Assembly (NCBI GenBank): GCA_963719495.1
Contig: CAVRCI010000004.1
Location: 224,001-288,000, forward strand
Origin: an uncultured Verrucomicrobiae bacterium
GTDB taxonomy: Bacteria > Verrucomicrobiota > Verrucomicrobiia > Chthoniobacterales > JAATET01
Length of the DNA: 64,000 nt
Direction: 5' to 3'
Shown: positions 44,067 through 53,647 of the stretch, in pieces
Layout of the letters: each line of letters begins with the position of its first letter
How positions within the stretch are numbered: position 1 is the stretch's first letter
Position numbers and translations under genes: made by a program
Notes under the pieces: model-generated
What the model was told of the DNA's origin: nothing
Databases searched by the model: none
What the model saw: the letters and a program-made list of their open reading frames with translations, nothing else

Positions 44067-44083
44067 TTGGCCGCTATTTTTTT

Positions 44084-45610
44084 ATGAAAACACCCATCCA
44101 TTCCAATCCGGATCTCGAAATCTGGTTCGCGACCGGCAGTCAGCACCTCTACGGCGAGGCGACGCTGCGGGAGGTCGCGGCGAACAGCAGAGCGATCGTC
44201 GAAGGTCTCGCGGGCGCGATGCCGCTGCGGGTTGTTTTCAAGGACGTGCTTACCGGGCCGGACGCGATCCGCGAGCTGGCGCTGGAGGCGAATCGTGCTC
44301 CGAATTGCGCGGGTCTCGTCTTCTGGATGCACACGTTCTCGCCGGCGAAAATGTGGATCGGCGGGTTGAGCGTGCTGGCGAAGCCATTTCTGCACCTGCA
44401 CACGCAATTCAACCGCGACCTGCCGTGGGGCGAGATCGACATGGACTTCATGAACACGAACCAGGCCGCGCACGGCGACCGGGAGTTTGGGTTCATCGGC
44501 GCGCGGATGCGGATCGAGCGGAAGGTCGTGGTCGGGCATTGGAGCGACGAGCGGGTGCGCGGCGAGATCGCGACGTGGATGCGGGCGGCGCGGGCTTGGA
44601 GTGACTGGCAGGGCGCGAAATTTGCGCGGATCGGCGACAATATGCGGCAGGTCGCCGTGACCGAAGGCAACAAGGTGTCGGCGGAAATTCAATTTGGGTT
44701 CTCCGTGAACACGCACGGAGTCGGCGACGTCGTCGCGCACGTCGACGCGGTGAGCGACGCCGACCTCGACGCCTTGATGACGGAATACGCCGACACCTAC
44801 ACGCTCGGCGCGGATTTGCGGCGCGGCGGGGACCGGCACGGATCGGTGCGCGACGCCGGGCGGATCGAGCTCGGGCTGCGGGCGTTTCTCGAGGCGGGGG
44901 GATTCAAGGGATTCACCGATACGTTCGAGGATCTGCACGGGCTGAAACAGTTGCCCGGGATCGCGACGCAGCGATTGATGGCGGATGGCTACGGTTTTGG
45001 TGGCGAGGGGGATTGGAAGACGGCGGCGCTCGTGCGGGCGATGAAGCTGATGGCGACCGACCTGCCCGGCGGCGTGTCGTTCATGGAGGATTACACCTAC
45101 CACTTGGAGCCCGGGTCGGAATTGGTGCTCGGGTCGCACATGCTGGAGATCTGCCCGTCCATCGCGGCGGGCAGACCGTCGCTCGAAGTGCATCCGCTCG
45201 GGATCGGCGGGAAGGGGGATCCGGCGCGGTTGGTCTTCGATTCGCCCGCCGGGATGGGTCTCAACGCGTCGCTGATCGATCTCGGGAATCGTTTTCGCCT
45301 CGTCGTGAACACGGTCGAAGCCGTCGAGCCGCCGGAGCCGCTGCCGCACCTGCCGGTCGCGCGGGTCGTCTGGAAGCCGCTGCCCGACTTCGCCACCGCT
45401 TGCGCCGCTTGGATCACCGCGGGCGGCGCGCACCACACGGGATACAGTTGCGTCGTGACGCCGGAGCACCTCGACGATTTTGCGGCGATGGCCGGGATTG
45501 AATTGGTGTCGATCGACGCGCGGACGACGCTCCGGGAGTTTCGGCGCGAGCTGAAGTGGAGCGAGGTGTATCATCACCTCTCGGGTGGCTTCGGGGGAAA
45601 GGCGTTATGA
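44084..45610 (+). CDS. araA: L-arabinose isomerase
   Basis: [44 protein letters not shown]. Confidence 0.97.
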   Translation: MKTPIHSNPDLEIWFATGSQHLYGEATLREVAANSRAIVEGLAGAMPLRVVFKDVLTGPDAIRELALEANRAPNCAGLVFWMHTFSPAKMWIGGLSVLAKPFLHLHTQFNRDLPWGEIDMDFMNTNQAAHGDREFGFIGARMRIERKVVVGHWSDERVRGEIATWMRAARAWSDWQGAKFARIGDNMRQVAVTEGNKVSAEIQFGFSVNTHGVGDVVAHVDAVSDADLDALMTEYADTYTLGADLRRGGDRHGSVRDAGRIELGLRAFLEAGGFKGFTDTFEDLHGLKQLPGIATQRLMADGYGFGGEGDWKTAALVRAMKLMATDLPGGVSFMEDYTYHLEPGSELVLGSHMLEICPSIAAGRPSLEVHPLGIGGKGDPARLVFDSPAGMGLNASLIDLGNRFRLVVNTVEAVEPPEPLPHLPVARVVWKPLPDFATACAAWITAGGAHHTGYSCVVTPEHLDDFAAMAGIELVSIDARTTLREFRRELKWSEVYHHLSGGFGGKAL

Positions 45611-45628
45611 ATGCCGCTACGGGATCCG

Positions 45629-45721
45629 CTGTAGCGGCGGTCTGTGACCGCCGAGGTCGTCGAGTTTGGGTTGGGGCGTCTCGCGAGACGATCAGCGGCG
45701 GTCATAGACTCGCCGCTACAG
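45629..45721. repeat. REP doublet between araA and araD
   Basis: CTGTAGCGGCGGTCTGTGACCGCCG / CGGCGGTCATAGACTCGCCGCTACAG. Confidence 0.8.
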
Positions 45722-45737
45722 GTGGGGCGGGAGGGAA

Positions 45738-46433
45738 GTGAGCCGTTTTACCGCGATTCGCGAAGAATGTTGCGAGGCAAACCGGGCGCTGCCCGCGTCG
45801 GGTCTCGTCGATCTGACCTTCGGCAACGTGAGCGTGCTCGACGCGGACGCCGGGGTGCTGGCGATCAAGCCGAGTGGGGTGTCCTACGCGGAGCTGCGGC
45901 CGGAGGACATGGTGCTCGTCGATCTCGATGGCGTCGTGGTCGAAGGGGAATTGCGAGCGTCGTCGGACACGCCGACGCACCGGCATTTGTTGCGGGATTT
46001 CGCAGGGGTGCGGTCGGTCGTTCACACGCACTCGCGTCGGGCGGTGGCTTTCGCGCAGGCCGGGCGGGAGATCCCGTGCCTTGGCACGACGCACGCCGAT
46101 TATTTTCACGGCCCGGTGCCAGTGACGCGGGCGCTCACCCCGGAGGAAATCGGGTCGGATTACGAATGGAACACCGGGGCGGTGATCGTCGAGACCTTTG
46201 CGAAGATCGCGCCGCTCGACATCCCGGCGGTGCTGGTGCGTGGGCACGGACCGTTCACTTGGGGCGCAAGCGCGGCGAAGGCGGTGGAGAACGCGGTGGC
46301 GTTGGAGATCATCGCGCAGATGGCGCGGGACACTTTGCTCCTCGATCCGGGGGCGGATCCGCTGCCGCGGGTCCTGCACGACAAACACTTTCGACGGAAG
46401 CACGGGGCCGGAGCGTATTACGGTCAACGGTAG
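45738..46433 (+). CDS. araD: L-ribulose-5-phosphate 4-epimerase
   Basis: TFGNVS, IKPSGV, SSDTPTH, HTHS, GTTHADYF, RKHGAGAYYGQ. Confidence 0.96.
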   Translation: MSRFTAIREECCEANRALPASGLVDLTFGNVSVLDADAGVLAIKPSGVSYAELRPEDMVLVDLDGVVVEGELRASSDTPTHRHLLRDFAGVRSVVHTHSRRAVAFAQAGREIPCLGTTHADYFHGPVPVTRALTPEEIGSDYEWNTGAVIVETFAKIAPLDIPAVLVRGHGPFTWGASAAKAVENAVALEIIAQMARDTLLLDPGADPLPRVLHDKHFRRKHGAGAYYGQR

Positions 46434-46480
46434 GATTGACCGTTTCCGGTGTCCCGGGCATTAAGGAGCGGACGCCACCT

Positions 46481-46933
46481 ATGAAAATCGCATCCTCGCT
46501 CGTTCTCACCAGTCTCTTCGCTTTTGCTGTCGGTTGTTCGACCGGTCCCGGCACCTATCCCGAGCCGCCGAGCCTGCGGGCGCAATTCGAAAAAGCCGAT
46601 GCGAACGACGACGGCAAGGTCTCGCGGGCGGAATTCGGCGTGCTGCGCGTCGAGGATGCTTTCAAACTGTTCGACGACAACGAAAACGGCGTCATCACCG
46701 AGAACGAATTCGTTTCGTCGGGTGGATCGCAGAGCGCATTCGTGAAACTGGACAAGAGCGGTGACGGCGAGATCACGCTCGAGGAGGCGATGGGCAGCCG
46801 CGTGGTGATGGATTCGATGCTCACCGCATTCTACGAGGCCGACACCGACGACGACGGCTATGTGACCTTGGGTGAGGCGCTGGCCTACCGTCAGGCCGTG
46901 CGCGAATACACCGGCAACAATCCGCAGATCTAG
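46481..46933 (+). CDS. EF-hand lipoprotein
   Basis: AVGC lipobox; four loops DANDDGKVSRAE, DDNENGVITENE, DKSGDGEITLEE, DTDDDGYVTLGE. Confidence 0.88.
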   Translation: MKIASSLVLTSLFAFAVGCSTGPGTYPEPPSLRAQFEKADANDDGKVSRAEFGVLRVEDAFKLFDDNENGVITENEFVSSGGSQSAFVKLDKSGDGEITLEEAMGSRVVMDSMLTAFYEADTDDDGYVTLGEALAYRQAVREYTGNNPQI

Positions 46934-46954
46934 ATTCGAAGCGGGAGCCGTCCG

Positions 46955-47368
46955 ATGTGCGCCCGGTTCGAATTGAACGACACCCGGCTGATGCCCGGGA
47001 AGTCGATCGGCGTTTGGCTTGGGCCTGGTCGCGGGGATCGCTTCGTCTGGGCGGGTTTTGCGCGGCGCGAGTCCCTTGGCTGGTGGAAACGCAAAGGCGG
47101 CGAGCTCGTCGACGTCCCGGCCAGCCGCTACGCCGAACGGTCCCGGAAAGACGGGCGGCTTGTCTGGGCGGACCTGACCGCCGGGCACGTCATTCGCGGT
47201 CTGGTCGATCCCAACGATGGCAAGCCGCTCGTCAAAATTGTGACCCGGGCGTGTGAGCCGGAGGAGGCCGCCTTCTTCGGACACGACCGGATTTGTCTGA
47301 CCGAAGAGGCGCGGTATTCGACCGAGCCGCCGCCGGCCGCGGACGACCCCGAGGCGACGTTGTTTTGA
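46955..47368 (+). CDS. compact, divergent SRAP/YedK-like protein
   Basis: MCARF N-terminus, FARRES, IVTR, GHDR. Confidence 0.6.
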   Translation: MCARFELNDTRLMPGKSIGVWLGPGRGDRFVWAGFARRESLGWWKRKGGELVDVPASRYAERSRKDGRLVWADLTAGHVIRGLVDPNDGKPLVKIVTRACEPEEAAFFGHDRICLTEEARYSTEPPPAADDPEATLF

Positions 47369-48639
47369 AACGACCGACCAGCGCCGCGCTGGCCCTCGCC
47401 CTGGCGATTTTCGTCGGTGCTTGTGCGCACGTTCCGCCTCGCGCCGACGAACGCCCGTTTCTGGACCGGATCGAAACCCGGAGCGACTCGGTGGTCACCG
47501 TCTCGGCGGCGGTGCTGAGTGATCGCGAGACCAAACGGGTCATGGGGTCGGGCTTGGCAGCCCAAGGCGTGCAACCGCTCTGGCTCGAGATCGAGAACGC
47601 CGGCGACGAGGAGTTGTTGCTCATGCTTGTCTCCATTGATTCCGACTACTTTTCGGCGGCGGAAGCGGCCTGGAAGGGCCGTCGATTTCTGGAGCGCCGG
47701 AGGTCCGACCGGATGAAAGCCTTCGCGGACTTGCAGGTGCCTTTCGTCGTGCCGCCCGAGCGCCGGGTGGCGGGCTACGTCTTCACGAACCGGGATCCGG
47801 GGGTGAAGGCTTTTGCGGTGGAATTGATCGGGGATCAGGAGAGCCATAACTTCAACTTCGAACAGGTGATTCCCGGCCTGCGAACCGATCTCGACGCGTC
47901 CGGGGTGCTCGCGGGAGGAGGCGGTCCCGCGGAGTCGAATTTGAGTTCGGCGGGGCTGCGATCCTACCTCGAAACGGTTCCCGGCGTGGCGTCCGGCGGG
48001 AAGCGGCGCCTGCCCGCCGATCCGCTGAATTTCGTGATCGTCGGCGACGCGCCGCTCGTTCTGGCGACCTTTGCGAGGCGGGGCTGGGACGTGACCGAGG
48101 CGCTGACCCTTGGGAGCGCCTGGCGCACGGTTGCTTCGACGCTGTTCAAATCCGCTTACCGGACATCTCCCATTTCGCCGTTGTTCCTGTTTGGCCGGAG
48201 GCAGGATTTCGCGTTGCAAAAGACGCGGGGCAACGTCGACGAGCGAAATCACCTTCGGCTCTGGCGGGCTCCCGTCGATTGCGAGGGCGAGCCCGTCTGG
48301 ATCGGGCAGATCAGCCGCGACATCGGCGTCAAGCTGACCCGCCGCACGATCGTGACGCACCGGATCGACCCCGACGTCGACGACGCCCGAATCTACCTGC
48401 TCCAGGATCTCATCGGCTCATCGTCGGTCGACGCGGTTGGATTCGTCGGAGGCGTCGGGGAGTCGACCCGGGAGGCTCCGCGGAAAAACTACACCCACGA
48501 CCCGTATCACACCGACGGCTACAGGCTCGTCGTCTTCCTCACGCCGGACCCGACCGCCACGGATGAGATCGACTGGCTGGATTGGGAATGGCCGACGGTC
48601 GCGTCGCCTGGGGTGGTGAACGAGGCCCTCCTTCGATAG
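47365..48639 (+). CDS. LssY C-terminal domain lipoprotein
   Basis: VGAC lipobox; DPLNFVIVG, PISPLFLFGRRQD, ERNHLRLW, THRIDPDVD. Confidence 0.82.
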   Translation: MKRPTSAALALALAIFVGACAHVPPRADERPFLDRIETRSDSVVTVSAAVLSDRETKRVMGSGLAAQGVQPLWLEIENAGDEELLLMLVSIDSDYFSAAEAAWKGRRFLERRRSDRMKAFADLQVPFVVPPERRVAGYVFTNRDPGVKAFAVELIGDQESHNFNFEQVIPGLRTDLDASGVLAGGGGPAESNLSSAGLRSYLETVPGVASGGKRRLPADPLNFVIVGDAPLVLATFARRGWDVTEALTLGSAWRTVASTLFKSAYRTSPISPLFLFGRRQDFALQKTRGNVDERNHLRLWRAPVDCEGEPVWIGQISRDIGVKLTRRTIVTHRIDPDVDDARIYLLQDLIGSSSVDAVGFVGGVGESTREAPRKNYTHDPYHTDGYRLVVFLTPDPTATDEIDWLDWEWPTVASPGVVNEALLR

Positions 48640-48648
48640 AGGTTGTTG

Positions 48649-48667
48649 CCCCCCCAATTTGGGGGGT
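48649..48667. promoter_or_regulatory. C7-AATTT-G6 palindrome, putative operator
   Basis: CCCCCCCAATTTGGGGGGT; near-identical copy at 51142-51161. Confidence 0.45.
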
Positions 48668-48815
48668 GGACGAAATTCGCTCGATCCGCGAAGAAACATC
48701 CTCTCGTGCACCGGCTGGACTGTGAAATTCGCTCTGGCGAGAAAACCGTCCTGTCCGTAATGTCAGGAACCCCCCGGGGCAGGAAACCTAATTCAACCAA
48801 AAGCATTTGACCGTC

Positions 48816-49091
48816 ATGTCGAACCTGATTGCCTTGTCCCGCTTCCTACCCGCCACCATTGCTTCGGTGGTTCTCGTCGTTCTAATCTGGCCCTTCGAAC
48901 TCCTTCTGGGGATCGTATTTTTCCCCATCAAAGCGATGTTTCAGCCCCACCAACTGGTCGAAAACGACTACGCCGGTTGGCCGTGCAACACGCTGCACAC
49001 CATTCAGGCGATTTGGATGTGGGCGAAACTCGACCCTGATCCGCGCGATGCGAATCGGGGCGTTTTCAATTTCCTCGGCAATCTGCTGTAG
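48816..49091 (+). CDS. small membrane hypothetical protein
   Basis: 91 aa with a hydrophobic N-terminal half; lower GC than neighbours. Confidence 0.6.
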   Translation: MSNLIALSRFLPATIASVVLVVLIWPFELLLGIVFFPIKAMFQPHQLVENDYAGWPCNTLHTIQAIWMWAKLDPDPRDANRGVFNFLGNLL

Positions 49092-49459
49092 AGGATTGCC
49101 CCGGGCCGGATCCGGTTGATTAGCAGCGCCGCAGCCCAGCCGATCAACACCGAATCCGGGGGGAACCCTTTCGGGGAGCTCTCGCATTTGGATCAGCTTG
49201 GCGAACGGTGTCTCGTCGGATCATTTGCGTGCCGCCAGATGCTTTCTGCTGCCATTGGCGGGTGGAATCGCGCTTTACGGGAGACCGGACGAGCCGTTGC
49301 TCCCCGACCGGGAGGCGCGGATCGGGCGAAAGCTTTTCGTCCGCCGGTGGCCGCGGGCATCACGTTGCGAGCCTCGATTTGAGCGCGGGGCGATGAAATC
49401 CGGATCGACAGCGAGTTTCATTGAAGCTAGGTCCATGCAATACGGTGCCAGAATCGAAG

Positions 49460-50248
49460 ATGGATGATCAATTGGAAGGGGGTGATCTGGCTGAAGACGA
49501 CGTGCGGGCGGTCGTGAATTTGTTGGGGCGAGTCGCGGCGGCCAGCGGCGGTCGGGTCGCGCAGCGGCGGGAGCTGATGGATGGATTGGCGGTGTTGGTC
49601 GGGGCGAATTGCTGGGTCTGGGGGCGATTTGGGGCGGTCGAGCCGGGGACGCTACCGGTTTTTGCGCTCGAGCAGCACGGAGGATTCAGCGAGGACCGGT
49701 TGGCCCGCTACGTTCAGGCGCAGGAACACCCTGACCTGGGTGCGTTGACGGCTCCGGCGTTTGCGGTGATGGCGGAGCGGGGTTCGCCGGTGACGCGGTT
49801 GCGACAGCAGACCGATCCGGAGGATCGTTTTCGATCCAGTGGGGCCTACGAAGCCTGGGCGGCTGCCGACGCCGCACCGGGGATTCTTTCGCTGCGACCG
49901 TTGGACGCGTTGACGGTCGGGGTGGTGGCGATTCATCGACGGATCGATGCGAGACTCTTCAGCGAGCGGGAATCGTTGATCGCGCACGTCGTGCTGACCG
50001 GGGTGGCGTGGCTCTACGAGGAGGGCGACGCGGAGCGGGACGGGGTGTGGGTGGAGCTGGGACCGCGGTTGATCACGGTCATGAATCTGCTGCTCCAGGG
50101 CGTGGCGCGGAAGGACATTGCGGAGCACCTGCGGATCTCGCCGCACACGGTGAACGATTACGTGAAGACGGTGTATCGAAGGTTCGGGGTGCGGTCGCAG
50201 CCTGAGTTGATGCGGCGGTTCTTTCGCGGCGATGGTGGGGATCGGTAG
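49460..50248 (+). CDS. LuxR C-terminal HTH regulator, paralog 1
   Basis: [41 protein letters not shown]. Confidence 0.88.
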   Translation: MDDQLEGGDLAEDDVRAVVNLLGRVAAASGGRVAQRRELMDGLAVLVGANCWVWGRFGAVEPGTLPVFALEQHGGFSEDRLARYVQAQEHPDLGALTAPAFAVMAERGSPVTRLRQQTDPEDRFRSSGAYEAWAAADAAPGILSLRPLDALTVGVVAIHRRIDARLFSERESLIAHVVLTGVAWLYEEGDAERDGVWVELGPRLITVMNLLLQGVARKDIAEHLRISPHTVNDYVKTVYRRFGVRSQPELMRRFFRGDGGDR

Positions 50249-51121
50249 ATGGAACGAAGCGGGAAAGAGGCGCATCGCTCCCGCGGGCGCGAGCTGAGGA
50301 GACTGCCGGACGCTCGGACTCTCGAGGAGGTCGACGTGCGGGCGGTGGTGCGGTTGCTGGGGGACGTGGCGGCGGTGGCGGGTGGGAGGCCCGCGCAGGT
50401 GCGAAGGCTGATGGAGGGGATGACGGGATTGGTCGGGGCGGAGGCTTGGTCGTGGTCCTTGATCGTGAATCCGGATCCCGAAGTGCTTCCGACCTGGGTG
50501 ATTCAGGTTCACGGGGGTTTCGACGATGGGAGATTTGCGAGGTTCATGCGGGCGCAGGAGCACGTGGGGATGAGGGAGTTGACGGCGGGATTTGCGGAGG
50601 TGTTGTTGCGGGAGGGACGTCACCTCACGGCGCTGCGGCAATACGCGGATCCGGATAACCGGTTTCCCGACAGCGCTGCCGGGAAGCTGTGGCGGGAGGC
50701 GGATTTGATGCCGGGCATCCTGTCGGCAGTGCCGTTGCGTCCCGGGGTCGTGCGGGCAATCACGGTGCATCGGCGGGCGGACGCGCCGCTGTTTTCGGAT
50801 CGCGACGCGCGCATCGCGCACATCCTGCTCACGGAGGTGGCTTGGTTGCACGCGGAGGCGGAGGGAGGGCCGCAGTCGGGGGTGGCCGCGCTGTCGCCGC
50901 GCTTGCGGACGGCGTTGAATTTGCTGCTCCAGGGATTCGCCCGGGCGACGGTGGCAGAGCATTTGGGCGTATCGCCGCACACGGTCAACGGTTACGTGAA
51001 GGAAATTCACCGGCAATTCGGAGTGAGTTCGCAGGCGGAACTGATGCGGAAATTTTTCCAGAGTAACGGCGGCGATGCTCGCCCGCCGCCCGTCCAAGGC
51101 ACGGAGCGGCGGTCGGCGTAA
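50249..51121 (+). CDS. LuxR C-terminal HTH regulator, paralog 2
   Basis: LSPRLRTALNLLLQG...LGVSPHTVNGYVKEIHRQFGVSSQAEL. Confidence 0.88.
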   Translation: MERSGKEAHRSRGRELRRLPDARTLEEVDVRAVVRLLGDVAAVAGGRPAQVRRLMEGMTGLVGAEAWSWSLIVNPDPEVLPTWVIQVHGGFDDGRFARFMRAQEHVGMRELTAGFAEVLLREGRHLTALRQYADPDNRFPDSAAGKLWREADLMPGILSAVPLRPGVVRAITVHRRADAPLFSDRDARIAHILLTEVAWLHAEAEGGPQSGVAALSPRLRTALNLLLQGFARATVAEHLGVSPHTVNGYVKEIHRQFGVSSQAELMRKFFQSNGGDARPPPVQGTERRSA

Positions 51122-51141
51122 TGATCGACGCAAAACGACCT

Positions 51142-51161
51142 CCCCCCCTGATTTGGGGGGT
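51142..51161. promoter_or_regulatory. C7-TGATTT-G6 palindrome, putative operator
   Basis: CCCCCCCTGATTTGGGGGGT. Confidence 0.45.
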
Positions 51162-51197
51162 AGGCAATCGCAGACTGATTGCGCACGCTGTTTTCCC

Positions 51198-51407
51198 GTG
51201 AGCACGCCATTTGAAACCGATGGAACGAGAGAAGGGGGCTTCGTCGTCTCGACTGGGGCGAAAAGTCCGACCGTTTCAGTCGAAGCGGGTCCCGTGTCGA
51301 GCGATTGGTCGTTGGTTGTGCTCGTCGGGTTCGGGACACTGGTGGCACTCGCGCGTCGCCGGCGTCTCTCCGGGTCGACCGCGGGAAGTTGGGGCCGTTG
51401 CCGATGA
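51198..51407 (+). CDS. small protein or remnant with PEP-CTERM-like tail
   Basis: ...GPVSSDWSLVVLVGFGTLVALARRRR; stop overlaps the response-regulator ATG. Confidence 0.4.
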   Translation: MSTPFETDGTREGGFVVSTGAKSPTVSVEAGPVSSDWSLVVLVGFGTLVALARRRRLSGSTAGSWGRCR

Positions 51408-52093
51408 GCGTGACCGCCGAAACTTTATCGGGTCGGGGGAAGGGTCCGATCTCGGTCGGATTGATCGACGATCATCCCGTTGTTCTCGATGGGCTGAAGG
51501 TGTTTCTCGGGCAAGCGGTCGATTTTCGAGTGTTGGGGGCGGCGTTGAATTGGGCGGACTTCGAGCGGCAGATCGACGTCGAAACCCCGGAGGTCGTGGT
51601 GGTCGATCTCGATCTGCGGAAGGACGACGGGTTGCGCGTGATTCGGGCGATTCGGTCCAGATCGCGCCGGATTCGAACCGTCGCTTTCTCCATGTTCGAC
51701 GAGGAGAATCACGGTCCGCGGGCGCTGCGGGCGGGGGCTCGAGGTTACGTCGAAAAGGACGGACCGCCCGAGCGGTTACTCGAAGCGATTCGGTGGGTTC
51801 GGAGTGGGGGCGTCTTCGCTTCGGCCGCGAGCGTGCGGCGTTGGAAAAACGCGGGAGACGAGAACGTTTCGCCGACTGGCGGGGTCGACCGGCTGAGCGA
51901 TCAGGAATTCCGCGTCTTCAAGCTGATTGGCCGGGGATGCACTCGGAACGCCATCGCGAGTCAGTTGTTCGTGAGCGTCAAAACGGTGGAAGCGCACCGG
52001 GAGAACATCAAGCGCAAGCTCAGAGTCGATGGGGCGAGTCGGTTGGTGTGCGAGGCGGCGTATTTTTTGCAATCGGGGCAGGATCGTGGGTGA
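51404..52093 (+). CDS. NarL/FixJ-family response regulator
   Basis: IDDHPVV, VVVDLDL, GARGYVEK, LSDQE...SVKTVEAHRENIKRKL. Confidence 0.92.
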   Translation: MSVTAETLSGRGKGPISVGLIDDHPVVLDGLKVFLGQAVDFRVLGAALNWADFERQIDVETPEVVVVDLDLRKDDGLRVIRAIRSRSRRIRTVAFSMFDEENHGPRALRAGARGYVEKDGPPERLLEAIRWVRSGGVFASAASVRRWKNAGDENVSPTGGVDRLSDQEFRVFKLIGRGCTRNAIASQLFVSVKTVEAHRENIKRKLRVDGASRLVCEAAYFLQSGQDRG

Positions 52094-52097
52094 ACGG

Positions 52098-52874
52098 ATG
52101 ATGGGTGGGGGGACGGGTGCCGTGGTGAGCGGAACGAACGGATCGAGGCAGGCGGTGGGTTGCGCCGACGGGGTTCGGCGAGAGCGGCGGCGCGTGGCGG
52201 GATTGCTGCACGACCCGATGGGTTGTCTGTTGGTGGGGTTGCGGATGCGGACCGCGTGCTTGGCTGGTCGGTGTTCGGAATCGCCGGAGGTGGTGCGGGA
52301 ACTCGAGCGGATGAACGAAATCATCGACGAAGTTCGGGGGCAGTTCCGGGCGATGGCCCGGGGGATCGCGGGGTTCGACGTCGCGCGTGAAGCGTGGTCG
52401 TCGGCCCTGCGGCAGTTGGTCGACGATCTGAGTCGGGTCAGCGGGATCGAGATCGCGCTCATCGGCGCGGAGAGCTGGACGCCGCCGTCGGATTTCGTGG
52501 CGACGGAGTCTTACCTGATCGTGCAGGAGGCTCTTTTCAACGTGATCGAACATTCATCGGCGGACGCGGCGACGGTGAGCATTCGGGGCGGTCGGGCTGG
52601 GGTGACGATGGTCGTTCGGGATGACGGGACGGAGGGTGGCGGCGGGAAAGCGGTTTGCGACGAAGGGGGCGGATTGGGCCTTCGGCTGATCCGGGAGCGG
52701 GCGGAGGGTTGCGGTGGCGAGGTGACGGTGGGTTGGATCGCGGGGGTGGGGTTCGAGATGAGTCTGCGCTTGCCGGTCGGAACGGCCCGCGGCGGGCCGC
52801 TGGTGGGAGCGATTGACCACGTCGGCGTGGGCCAGACGAGGCTTGACCGGAAGGCGCTCGGTAGTTTGGAATAG
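52098..52874 (+). CDS. HisKA_3-type histidine kinase lacking a sensor domain
   Basis: ERRRVAGLLHD H-box, IVQEALFNVIEHS N-box, VRDDG, GLGLRLIRERA. Confidence 0.82.
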   Translation: MMGGGTGAVVSGTNGSRQAVGCADGVRRERRRVAGLLHDPMGCLLVGLRMRTACLAGRCSESPEVVRELERMNEIIDEVRGQFRAMARGIAGFDVAREAWSSALRQLVDDLSRVSGIEIALIGAESWTPPSDFVATESYLIVQEALFNVIEHSSADAATVSIRGGRAGVTMVVRDDGTEGGGGKAVCDEGGGLGLRLIRERAEGCGGEVTVGWIAGVGFEMSLRLPVGTARGGPLVGAIDHVGVGQTRLDRKALGSLE

Positions 52875-52897
52875 AAGTAGCTACGCGTTGGTCGGCG

Positions 52898-53647
52898 ATG
52901 AAAAACGGCAGATCTTTGGACCTCGAATTTGCGGAACCGGACGAACCGGGAAATCGGATTGCGGAAGAGGATGCGCGGGCGTTGGTGCGTTTGCTGGGGG
53001 CGGTCTGCACGCAGAGCGACGAGCACTTGGCGCGGAAAGTTTTTTTGCTCAACGGACTCTGCGAGTTGATCGGGGCGTCGGCCTGGGTGTCGAATCCGCA
53101 CGGGTCGTCGGAGGGGGCGACGGGCGAAGTGACGGCTCGAGAGGTGGTTTTTCAGAATACGAACCTTGCGCGGTTGCGGGGCGGGGCGGAGGACCCGGGC
53201 CAGGGCGAGGGGATGGTCGGGAGGTGGGGGGAGATCGGACCCGCGATTTTTTCGGTTTGGGAGCTGGGGGAGAATCGGTTCAGTGCCGTTGTGATCTATC
53301 GGGCCGAGGGGGCAGCAATTTTTTCGGAGCGAGAAGCGCGGCTGGTTCACATCGTCCTCTCCGAGGTGCCGTGGCTGCACGAGACGGGGTGGTCCGTGGG
53401 TCGGAGTGAGGAACCGGTGAGGCTCCCGGCGCGCGAGTTGGTGGTCCTGAATCTGCTGCTGCGGGGGGAGAGTCGGAAGGCGATCTCGGACGCCCTGGCG
53501 ATCTCGGTGAACACGGTGGCCAGTTACGCCCGCGACACGTATCGGCGCTTTGGGGTGCGGTCGCAGGCGGAGTTGATCCATCGCTTCAAAGGGCGGGTGC
53601 CGATGAACGTGAGGAATAGCGTCGTGACCTCCGCTTCGACTGGCTAG
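52898..53647 (+). CDS. LuxR C-terminal HTH regulator, paralog 3
   Basis: [35 protein letters not shown]...[12 protein letters not shown]. Confidence 0.88.
   Translation: MKNGRSLDLEFAEPDEPGNRIAEEDARALVRLLGAVCTQSDEHLARKVFLLNGLCELIGASAWVSNPHGSSEGATGEVTAREVVFQNTNLARLRGGAEDPGQGEGMVGRWGEIGPAIFSVWELGENRFSAVVIYRAEGAAIFSEREARLVHIVLSEVPWLHETGWSVGRSEEPVRLPARELVVLNLLLRGESRKAISDALAISVNTVASYARDTYRRFGVRSQAELIHRFKGRVPMNVRNSVVTSASTG

Noticed and set aside
49100..49460. Small ORFs upstream of LuxR paralog 1
   Set aside because: Overlapping short frames with no supporting features; more likely a promoter region
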